A stretch of 60,573 bases of DNA, filler included. It is 8 parts of 8 records of this genome, joined end to end, with 100 filler letters (N's around TTAATTAATTAA, not from the genome) between each part and the next. Parts side by side here need not be neighbours in the genome. Positions count along the whole stretch, not along the records: positions 52,523 to 60,573 come from SRR31156797_6087; 7 more parts are not named here. One strand, given 5' to 3'. A program made the translations under genes and the position numbers. Of this stretch, positions 52,789 through 60,573 are shown one piece after another. Within the stretch, counting starts at the first letter, position 1, and each line of letters begins with the position of its first letter. Below the pieces are notes generated by a model. It ran no database searches. It was not told the DNA's origin and saw only the letters and a program-made list of their open reading frames with translations.

Positions 52789-53562
52789 ATGAACAAGATG
52801 TCTGAATCGTTGGCCGGCCAGCACCGTTTTGGAAATGGATGGGGATCGGCTCTATTGGGCGCCTTGATTGTTAATCTTGTACTTTTATTAGTAATTACAA
52901 TTCTTTTGCATCAAAATGGGGCCAAGCGGACATTCCCGGAATATGATGTTGCATATAAAATCAATTTAAAAGCCCCGACGATAGAAGCTGAAGTCGCTAT
53001 CAATGATGTTTATGATCAGGCGCCCGAATTATACCGGCCGGACTTAAAAACGGCGCCGAATCCTCCGGCGTTTCCAATGATAAATGCTCCCCCGCTTCCA
53101 TTATTGGAATTTGATTTGAAGTTGTCTTCAGCGCCTAAATTGGAGGCAAAGAAAGTGATAAAAACAAAGAGCGCCGGAAGGGCTGACAAAAAGCCGTTGC
53201 CGTCTGGTAAAGCTTCAACCGGGGGGCCCGCTCAAGTATCTTCTTATAAGCCCGGAGCCGATAAGAAATACTATAAGGAAACCGAACTGAAAATTAAGCC
53301 GTCTGTTATAAATCGACCGGAACCGGATTATCCTTTGTTGGCAGTGCGTAGGAATATCGAGGGTTGGGTTAAGGTTCGATTTTTGGTTGATAGTAAGGGA
53401 CGTGTTGAGAAAGTGAGCCTTTTGGCTTCGGAACCAGGCGGCGTGTTTGACAAATCGGTTCTAAAGACAGTACCGACCTGGACCTTTAAACCTGGTCAAA
53501 TAGACGGCCGACCCGTTGACGCCTGGGTGGTGACAACGATTCTCTTTGAATTAAAAAAGTGA
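52789..53562 (+). CDS. tonB: Energy transducer TonB
   Basis: TM anchor, Pro/Lys-rich linker and C-terminal PDYPLLAVRRNIEGWVKVRFLVD...WTFKPG. Confidence 0.9.
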   Translation: MNKMSESLAGQHRFGNGWGSALLGALIVNLVLLLVITILLHQNGAKRTFPEYDVAYKINLKAPTIEAEVAINDVYDQAPELYRPDLKTAPNPPAFPMINAPPLPLLEFDLKLSSAPKLEAKKVIKTKSAGRADKKPLPSGKASTGGPAQVSSYKPGADKKYYKETELKIKPSVINRPEPDYPLLAVRRNIEGWVKVRFLVDSKGRVEKVSLLASEPGGVFDKSVLKTVPTWTFKPGQIDGRPVDAWVVTTILFELKK

Positions 53563-53676
53563 ATCGGCGGTTTTACACCAAAGTGAAGAAGGTCGCTCAG
53601 GAGTGCCGGCGCATGTTGCGCCGGCGTGATAAGTCATCTAAAAAATTGCTTAAACAGTATCGCTCTGGCGGAGCAA

Positions 53677-54234
53677 TTATTTGACCAGTTTCAAGACAGC
53701 CTTGAACTCCGGCGCCTTGGCGTCCTTGAGCAGTTCATACATAACCATTTCAGTCGAAGTGATAGTCGCACCGTTCTGGCGCAGCCGATGCAAGGCAACT
53801 TTATGGTTTTTCGGGTCGCGCGAAGAACAGGCGTCGCTGACAACATGGACGTTGTATGAATCGAGGGCGGTGAGAGCGGTCTGAGCCACGCAAATATGAG
53901 TCTCTATGCCGGCCAGGATCAAATTCGGCCGGTCCAGCAGCCCCAAATAGGCCCTGAAGCCGTCCTCGCCAAAGCAGTCAAATGAAGTTTTGTCGAACTT
54001 TTCCATTTTTTGTATTTCATTCTGAACTTCTGTAAGAGTGGCGCCTAATTTCTGCTGCTCTGTCAAAACAACCGGCAAATGCATTATTTGGGCAAACGCC
54101 GCAAGTTTGGCCGAATTTGCTAAAACAGCCTCTTTTTCACTCATTACCGGCAGCAGACGCTCTTGTACGTCTATTATAACCAGGGCGCTGTTTTCCTTGT
54201 TTATGAGCCGTGTAGTTTTCTCGGTCATGATCAT
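53677..54234 (-). CDS. Isochorismatase-family hydrolase (YcaC-related)
   Basis: IDVQERL, TEQ, KTSFDC and GIETHICVAQT motifs. Confidence 0.92.
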   Translation of the reverse strand: MIMTEKTTRLINKENSALVIIDVQERLLPVMSEKEAVLANSAKLAAFAQIMHLPVVLTEQQKLGATLTEVQNEIQKMEKFDKTSFDCFGEDGFRAYLGLLDRPNLILAGIETHICVAQTALTALDSYNVHVVSDACSSRDPKNHKVALHRLRQNGATITSTEMVMYELLKDAKAPEFKAVLKLVK

Positions 54235-54256
54235 GGACTCCTTGTTTGCTTAATCA

Positions 54257-54901
54257 TTAAAGAAGGTCGAATTCAAGGACATATACGTTCGTTTTCTTTT
54301 CATGTCCTATTGTCGATGTCGGCGTGGGACCGTAATGATGCCCCGGCCAGACCGTTGTATCATCAGGCAGTTCCATAAGTTTTTTTATCGATTCGAGCAT
54401 TGTCGGAAGCGACGCTCCTGGCAGATCCGTTCTTCCTCCACTGCCCACGAAAAGAGTGTCGCCCGTAAACAGGTTCCCATCGGCCAATAAGCATATTCCA
54501 CCGGGTGTATGCCCGGGAGTGTGAATAATTTCAAGGTCCAGTTCCCCGACCGTGAATGTCTTTTCTCCGTCCAACCTTATGTCCGCCGGCGGCGAAGGAG
54601 TAAATCCCCACATCCTGGCCAGGCGAGAACCTTCCTGGGAATTGAAAAGGTCGTCGTCAGCAGCGTGCATAACAAGCTGGGCGCCGGTCAGTTCCTTCAT
54701 CCGGGCGTTTCCGCAGGAATGATCGGGATGACCGTGGGAGTTAACTATATAAACGATTTCCAGCCCCGCCTCCCGCGCTGCGGATGCAACGATTTCTTCA
54801 TCTCCGGCCGGGTCAATAACCAGGGCTTGGCGCGTCTTTTCGCACCCGATCAGATAACAGAACACGGCCATCTGGCCGACGGTAATTTGTTTGATTATCA
54901 T
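54257..54901 (-). CDS. MBL-fold hydrolase (glyoxalase II-like)
   Basis: SHGHPDH, HTPGHTPG, TGDTLF and PGH motifs; the likely start is ATG 54901. Confidence 0.92.
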   Translation of the reverse strand: MIIKQITVGQMAVFCYLIGCEKTRQALVIDPAGDEEIVASAAREAGLEIVYIVNSHGHPDHSCGNARMKELTGAQLVMHAADDDLFNSQEGSRLARMWGFTPSPPADIRLDGEKTFTVGELDLEIIHTPGHTPGGICLLADGNLFTGDTLFVGSGGRTDLPGASLPTMLESIKKLMELPDDTTVWPGHHYGPTPTSTIGHEKKTNVYVLEFDLL

Positions 54902-55174
54902 GGCGCTCTCCATCATTTTTTGTTTCAAGTTCAGATGTATCGACCTGTGTACCATAAAAAGCTTTTACGGGGAACACATTGTTTGCAACAGGGGATAAAA
55001 ATGTCTTTTCCCCTATTTTTGGATATTGAAAGTGATTTCTATAGCCATCGGTTGTTATTTTCTTCAATTTGGATCTCAATGATGATACATCAGCTATTGT
55101 AATCGGATTTGAACTGTTTGGAATGGACGATCGGCGCCTGCTGGTAAAGCCGGTTAAAAAGGAGATGCCAACGG

Positions 55175-55426
55175 ATGTGTTTAGCCGTACCCGCCCGGGT
55201 GCTTGAAGTGCGCGCCGACGGCATGGGCGTGGTCGACCATGCCGGTATTAAAAAAGAAGTCAGCCTTCTTATCTCGGAAGATGTCGAAGTGGGCGATTAT
55301 ATTATAATGCACGCCGGGTTCGCCATTCACAAGATTGATGAAGCCGCGGCCAGGGAGACTATTGAATACCTGGAAAGGCTGACTGACGGGATGCCGTCGG
55401 ACAGCGAGCAAAATAATGAAATGTAA
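55175..55426 (+). CDS. hypC: Hydrogenase maturation chaperone HypC
   Basis: MCLAVPA start, VGDYIIMHAGFAI motif and AGGAG RBS. Confidence 0.95.
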   Translation: MCLAVPARVLEVRADGMGVVDHAGIKKEVSLLISEDVEVGDYIIMHAGFAIHKIDEAAARETIEYLERLTDGMPSDSEQNNEM

Positions 55427-55445
55427 AGCAGATTTTTTCCCAATT

Positions 55446-55680
55446 TAGGGAAAAAACCTTATAGTATATTACTGCTTGGGACGCAAATAACGGTTGGGGG
55501 CTAAAGTAAAGCCGACAAGGCTGGTCATATAATAATGCTTCGTCGATAAATTCCGGCTTTTAATTTTTCCTTTTTTGCGTCAAATCTCACAGTTAGACGC
55601 CGCTACGGGTTGCAGCTGCATAATTCCGGTTTAAACCGGACAAGTTAAACCAATAGCCGCGGAACGAGTATGCAGAGAGG
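55446..55680 (+). promoter_or_regulatory. Structured leader of the HD-GYP gene, with partial resemblance to a c-di-GMP-I (GEMM) riboswitch
   Basis: AAACC-[TAGTA-tat-TACTG]-GGGACGCAAA...GGGCTAAA; GACGCAAA/TTTGCGTC and AAAGCCG/CGGCTTT pairings; palindrome TCCGGTTTAAACCGGA. The canonical GNRA loop is absent. Confidence 0.3.
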
Positions 55681-55692
55681 TATGTACGGAAC

Positions 55693-56280
55693 TTGGATAC
55701 AGTGAATGTGTGGTTATTGCGAATGATCGATCATCTTGACCAGGAAACGATACAACATCAAAACAGGGTGTCTGAATTGTGCGTCCAGATGGGCCTGAAA
55801 ATGGGGCTTAATGAGGGATATATCTCGATTTTAAAGCTGGCCGGGGCGCTTCACGATATCGGGAAATCTTCCGTTCCTGTTGAAATTATAGAAAAAAACG
55901 GCCCCTTGACTTCGGAAGAAAGGCGAATCGTACAGGACCATGCGCGAACAAGTTTTCTCAAGCTGGAAGAAAACGATTACCACACTGTAAAAAAAGTGGT
56001 TGTGGCGCATCACGAATTTACCGGTAAGCCTTACCCGAGAAATGGCGAGCGGCGTAAAAACGGCCGGAACGAACCCGACAGGAGGGATGCCAACGGCTTC
56101 CTGCGGTTGATGGCTCAGATACTCGCTCTGTGCGACATGTACGACGCCCTGACGTCGCAGCGCGACTACAAGGAAGCGCTTGATAACGAAGAAACGTTTC
56201 GGATTATTGAGAGCGAATTCACCGGAGATGCGGGGCTGATCGCGATATTGAAAACCATGGTCGGAGAAATGTCTCCCTAA
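55693..56280 (+). CDS. Stand-alone HD-GYP-like phosphohydrolase
   Basis: HQNRV, LHDIGK, HHE...PYP and LCDMYDALTSQRDYK motifs. Confidence 0.88.
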   Translation: MDTVNVWLLRMIDHLDQETIQHQNRVSELCVQMGLKMGLNEGYISILKLAGALHDIGKSSVPVEIIEKNGPLTSEERRIVQDHARTSFLKLEENDYHTVKKVVVAHHEFTGKPYPRNGERRKNGRNEPDRRDANGFLRLMAQILALCDMYDALTSQRDYKEALDNEETFRIIESEFTGDAGLIAILKTMVGEMSP

Positions 56281-56294
56281 TAGTCGTCCGACGC

Positions 56295-59243
56295 TTATTC
56301 TCCGGGCTCTGCGGGATTTTCATCCGGCGTCATAAGTACGCTTATCAGTTTTAACATGGCCTGAAGCCGGTAAGGTTTATTCAAAAACTCATCTGCTCCA
56401 AGATCCAATATTTCCCTTTTTACTTCCTCATCAAGGTACCCGCTGGCAATGACAACCTTAACGTCGCGACTGATCTTCTTCAATTCTTCAAGGCATTTCT
56501 TGCCGCCCATGCCCGGCATGTTCAAATCCAAAAGCACAAGGCCGATAGATGCTCCGAACCGGCGGTATTGATCCAGGGCGTCTTCCCCGTTTTCCGCCGC
56601 ATGGACCTTATAACCGAATTGTTCGAGACTTTCCTTGACGGCGTCCAGAATATTTATTTCATCGTCCACCAAAAGTATGTCGCCTGATCCATGTTCCATT
56701 AGTTCTATACCGACGACTTCCGGTTCGGCCGAATCCGCTTCTTCTTCAAAAACCGGAAAAGTAATCGTAAATTCGGTCCCTTGCCCTGGACGGCTTTCGC
56801 AGGTAATTTCACCGCTGTGGGCCTGGATGATGCTGTAAACCATTGACAGGCCCAGTCCGGTGCCCCGCCCGATTTCCTTGGTGGTAAAAAATGGTTCAAA
56901 TATTCGATCAATGTAACTTTCGGGAATTCCATGCCCGGTGTCTGATATTGTGAGCTTTATTAATTCAACATCATCTTTATCATGGTGTTGTCCGGCGCTT
57001 CCTTCATTACCGTAATTGTTGATTGAAATGCCGAATCTGATGGTCCCGCCGTCAGGCATTGCGTCCCTGGCGTTCATGCCTATATTCAGCATGGCCTGTT
57101 CAAGCTGGTTCATATCGCCAAGAATTAACGGCAGGTTCTGTTCCATCTCCGCTTCGATGTTGATCATTTTGGGAATGGTTCGTTCCAGAATGCGAACGCT
57201 TTCGTTGACAACGCGTCCAAGGTCCAATGGTTGGAAAACCGGTTCGACTTTCCGGCCGAAGACCATAAGCCTTTTGATCAACTCGGCGCCGCGCTCGGAA
57301 ACGGCTTCAAGCTCTTCCACATACCTGTTAATAGCCGCCCTGTCCGATTTCTCGCTTTGGATCAGGTGAAGACAACCGTTTATAATTTGCAAGATATTAT
57401 TGAAATCATGGGCTATTCCGCTCGCCAGCACGCCCACGGCTTCCATTTTTTGAGACTGCATAAGTTGATGTTCGAGCTGCTTTCTCGTCGTAATATCCCG
57501 GGCAATTCCTTGCGTGCCCATAAAAAAAGGCCCTTTAAGTTCGGTTTTCCTGTAAATACCTTCCGCAGACACGCTGAAATGCCGGACCTCTACAGAGGAA
57601 TAATCGTCTTCATGATTCAGATGCATTCTGACTTCAAAGCCCGAAGTCGCCCTGGCCCCGGTTCTTCGTTCATTGACCCGGTATAGGGCCCTTTCCCTAT
57701 CGTCGGGAAAGACCAAATTCATTATCTTCCGCCCAAGCAGATCCCCGGGTTCAAAGCCGTATTGCTCAACTGAGGCGCTTATGAAAGAAATTCGGCCATC
57801 CTGATCCAATCGGTACACCACGTCCGGTATAGTATTAACAATCGAATCAAGCATCGCTTCCCTGTCTCGCAATAATTCCGAAGTTTCATCAACCCTGGCC
57901 AGGGCCAGGTGCTCTTTAAACCTGTATTGAATCAATAATATCGCGAAGGTTGTTATTGCTATCGCCAACCAGGGCAGAAGCGGAGAGATTAAAATTCGTT
58001 CGGAAAGAAAATAGGCTCGAGCGCCGAAACCAATTCCGCTCATTGAACCCAAAACCACGAAAAAGTCTGTTATAAGTCCGAATCGAGGCAGTAAAAAACA
58101 GAGAATAATCGTGAAAGCGAACGCGGCTGCATATTCGATAACAGCGGCGAACGGCGGGCGGAAAATATAATTCTCCTTCATTAATGCGGCGGCCGCGGCA
58201 GCGATTATTTCAACTCCGCCGACCATGGAGTCATTGGGGATATTATATTGTTCGCCCAGGCCGAATGCCGTACTGCCGATTAAGACTACTTTATCCTTGA
58301 AAAGCCCTGCCGGAACACGATTGCCGATAACATCTCCGGCGGAAACATGCATGATTGAATTATCTGGGAAATTATTCAGGATTCGCATGTTACCGCTATT
58401 ATCGACCGGAATGCTGCGGCCGCCTACAAACAAGGCATGCTGACCTTGGCGATCAAAACCTATAATTACTTGGTCTGCCTGTATTTTTTCCATAAGAGCG
58501 GCCAGGATCAGGCTCGGGAAATAACGCTCTCCCTTTTTCATTACCAGCGGAATGCGCCGGACGGCTCCATCCTGATCGGGCGCAACATTCAAAAACCCTG
58601 AAGCCGGGACAGCCAGGGCGAATTCCTTCATGGGGCCGATGCAGCCGACAGCGCTATGAATCTGCATTACACTTGAAGGCCGGGCTTTTTGAACCTCGGC
58701 TACTTTTAACGGGTGGAGCGTGCAAACCAATTCTTTATGGCTATCGGGCCCGTTAAACAGAAATTCATATCCCAACACAAACGGTCCCTGTTTTAGAACA
58801 TTGGTCAGCATGGAATCGTAATCAATAAGCTCTTCCGGGATTCCATCCACCTGAATTTCATAGCCCAACTCACGCCTTATATCGTCCTGCCACGTTTTGG
58901 GAGACGTCCGGTCGGGTTCGGAAAGAATCATGGCCAATGCAACGCAGGAAGGAGACTGGTCGTTAATTTTACCCAAGAGTTTCGCCAGCCTGTAACGGGG
59001 CCAGGGCCATTGCCCCAGTTCATTCAAACTCTTGTCGTCCAGATCCACGACTACCGCATCAAGGCATTTATCCGGCTGTAAGTTGGTTTTTTCTATAATA
59101 TCCGTCAGATAATTATCCAAGACGGCCAGAGGAGCGGGCTTCATCCAATAAAGCAGGCAAAGGACAAGCGTTAACGCCAAACAGGGTGCAAAAAACAACC
59201 TTAGAATCCGGCCTGGATTTCTTCCAATGATCTTTTTAAGCAT
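56295..59243 (-). CDS. CHASE2-PAS hybrid histidine kinase / response regulator
   Basis: CHASE2 (DLDDKSLNELGQWPWPR, DQDGAVRRIPL), three TM helices, PAS, GIAHDFNN, FFTTK...GTGLGL and receiver LLDLNMPGM. Confidence 0.93.
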   Translation of the reverse strand: MLKKIIGRNPGRILRLFFAPCLALTLVLCLLYWMKPAPLAVLDNYLTDIIEKTNLQPDKCLDAVVVDLDDKSLNELGQWPWPRYRLAKLLGKINDQSPSCVALAMILSEPDRTSPKTWQDDIRRELGYEIQVDGIPEELIDYDSMLTNVLKQGPFVLGYEFLFNGPDSHKELVCTLHPLKVAEVQKARPSSVMQIHSAVGCIGPMKEFALAVPASGFLNVAPDQDGAVRRIPLVMKKGERYFPSLILAALMEKIQADQVIIGFDRQGQHALFVGGRSIPVDNSGNMRILNNFPDNSIMHVSAGDVIGNRVPAGLFKDKVVLIGSTAFGLGEQYNIPNDSMVGGVEIIAAAAAALMKENYIFRPPFAAVIEYAAAFAFTIILCFLLPRFGLITDFFVVLGSMSGIGFGARAYFLSERILISPLLPWLAIAITTFAILLIQYRFKEHLALARVDETSELLRDREAMLDSIVNTIPDVVYRLDQDGRISFISASVEQYGFEPGDLLGRKIMNLVFPDDRERALYRVNERRTGARATSGFEVRMHLNHEDDYSSVEVRHFSVSAEGIYRKTELKGPFFMGTQGIARDITTRKQLEHQLMQSQKMEAVGVLASGIAHDFNNILQIINGCLHLIQSEKSDRAAINRYVEELEAVSERGAELIKRLMVFGRKVEPVFQPLDLGRVVNESVRILERTIPKMINIEAEMEQNLPLILGDMNQLEQAMLNIGMNARDAMPDGGTIRFGISINNYGNEGSAGQHHDKDDVELIKLTISDTGHGIPESYIDRIFEPFFTTKEIGRGTGLGLSMVYSIIQAHSGEITCESRPGQGTEFTITFPVFEEEADSAEPEVVGIELMEHGSGDILLVDDEINILDAVKESLEQFGYKVHAAENGEDALDQYRRFGASIGLVLLDLNMPGMGGKKCLEELKKISRDVKVVIASGYLDEEVKREILDLGADEFLNKPYRLQAMLKLISVLMTPDENPAEPGE

Positions 59244-59294
59244 TTTTATTGTTGTTTTACCGTCGCGCCCTTAAATACGGATTATAAGCGGCCG

Positions 59295-59903
59295 CTACCT
59301 GACAACGACTTCAACTCTTCTGTTTTTCTGTTCCTGAACATTGTCCCCTGTCTTTATCAGGAGATTCTCTTCACCATGGGAAGTCGTTTCCAGGAATTCG
59401 GGATCGACGCCCTGATCGATCAATATTTTTCCAACCGCTTCCGCTCTCTTCGTGGATAATAATATATTATAGGATTCGTCGCCGGATGTATCAGTATGCC
59501 CTACAACACTGATACTTTCCGATTTTCTGGCCTTGATCTCGTCCATTACTTCGGGAATCAGACTTTGTGATTTTTCCGTAAGGCTGGTGGAGTCGCTTTG
59601 AAAATAAAGAATAAAGTGCACCGGAGGCTCGGGTTGCAGGGCCAGGGCCTTACCGAAATGCTTGTCGATATCGTCCCGGCTTATGGTTTGAGGAACACCG
59701 GGAGAAGCCTTTTCGTCGTCTATTTCAACAGCCTGATAAGCTTTTTTGATTTCGGAAGATCCCGCCTGGTTGCTAACGCTGACCTCTCCGGTTGTTCCAT
59801 CCGGATTCGGCAGGAGAACGATCATGTTGTTGCTTCCACAGCCGGCCGTAATGATCGTTAATGACATAACCACAGCGATTATATAGAAAATTCTCATTTC
59901 CAA
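59295..59903 (-). CDS. OmpA-family peptidoglycan-binding lipoprotein
   Basis: Lipobox TAGC, IVLLPNPDGTTGEV N-domain, GHTD..G...YN..LS.KRA and NRRVEV motifs. Confidence 0.92.
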   Translation of the reverse strand: MEMRIFYIIAVVMSLTIITAGCGSNNMIVLLPNPDGTTGEVSVSNQAGSSEIKKAYQAVEIDDEKASPGVPQTISRDDIDKHFGKALALQPEPPVHFILYFQSDSTSLTEKSQSLIPEVMDEIKARKSESISVVGHTDTSGDESYNILLSTKRAEAVGKILIDQGVDPEFLETTSHGEENLLIKTGDNVQEQKNRRVEVVVR

Positions 59904-59969
59904 GCCTCATGTGCAAATTGAAAAAATTGAATTACAAAACTAATAATTCCGGTCGAGACGCATCTATAC

Positions 59970-60419
59970 TTAACGGCCCTTGACCTTGATCAGAAAATAG
60001 GTCCCCCGAATCCCCACTGTTCCAATCGGCGTTTTCACTTTCACGGATTTTGGAGAAATCTTTCCGATCTGACCGGTTAGAAACGAAGCCGCGCCCTGGA
60101 CCATGTTTAATATAAATGACAATTTTCCCTGAACAGGCTCAAAAAGAAATGATTCGACCATGATACGGCTGTCGGGTCCCATGGAAATGACTGTATCATC
60201 GTGGAAAATGACGCCCATGCCCCCGTCGGGGCCGGTTTGAAGCAAATCGCGTAAATATACTTTTTGACCGACATTAGCTTCTAGTGTTTCCTTATCCCTT
60301 AATATATGGGCCTGTTGCTTGACGGTTTTGACAATGCCGACGGGTTTGACGTCGGCCTGTGCAATGCCGACGGCGCATATTATAAAAACCACGGTAAAAG
60401 CCAGACTTGACAGTTTCAT
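59970..60419 (-). CDS. Secreted stand-alone FecR-domain protein
   Basis: Signal peptide; DLLQTGPDG...FHDDTVISMGPDS and VKTPIGTVGIRGT motifs. Confidence 0.88.
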   Translation of the reverse strand: MKLSSLAFTVVFIICAVGIAQADVKPVGIVKTVKQQAHILRDKETLEANVGQKVYLRDLLQTGPDGGMGVIFHDDTVISMGPDSRIMVESFLFEPVQGKLSFILNMVQGAASFLTGQIGKISPKSVKVKTPIGTVGIRGTYFLIKVKGR

Positions 60420-60573
60420 GAAATCTCCCTCCCCGGGACAATGTCGCCTGTGTTATTTATAAAAATTAAACAGGATGCTTACTAATTTTACCTTATTATT
60501 TATCACAATCAAATTTATAATATTTACGCATGTTCTTGGTTAAATTTCCTGATATCGTTTTTTACGGGTGAAT

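Noticed and set aside
54509..55102. 197-aa + strand ORF and other antisense ORFs (e.g. 6161-6469, 24374-25021, 57016-57686)
   Set aside because: These are shadow frames opposite well-supported genes.

Overview
This window is not one locus. It is eight unrelated contigs joined by 100-nt artificial linkers (44 N + TTAATTAATTAA + 44 N), probably from a mixed anaerobic metagenome, so gene neighbourhood is only meaningful within a contig. Taxonomic labels are inferred from protein style and composition. C1 (1-5077, Bacteroidota-like mobile element): candidate oriT, mobC, a MOBP relaxase, a ~120-nt rod-like structured leader before an uncharacterised Zn-ribbon protein, a broken mazE-like antitoxin, other decayed small ORFs and a partial HU gene. 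C2 (5178-13759, low-GC anaerobe): beta-glucoside PTS, 6-phospho-beta-glucosidase, an AraC fused to a degenerate GH39 domain, an orphan solute-binding protein and a lipoprotein SurE. C3 (13860-19301, Bacteroidota): rfbACD, a membrane LytTR regulator, an RPE-like palindromic element, a non-lipidated LipL32 homologue, and a direct-repeat promoter driving two unknown envelope proteins. C4 (19402-27659, Arcobacter-like): a solute-binding protein plus PAS kinase, oorDABC and housekeeping genes. C5 (27760-32986, Bacteroidota): carboxyltransferase, mce, M3 peptidase, a T9SS-CTD remnant and DUF6266. C6 (33087-46112, Bacteroidota): pyrB with a candidate attenuator, fcl/gmd, zapA-hairpin-rny, an M23 peptidase and an ErcA/ErcS-like pair. 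C7 (46213-52422, Bacteroidota): housekeeping genes. C8 (52523-60573, Desulfobacterota-like): TonB, an orphan hypC, a structured leader plus atypical HD-GYP, and a FecR-OmpA-CHASE2 hybrid kinase module. I recognised no CRISPR array, tRNA, rRNA or transposase.
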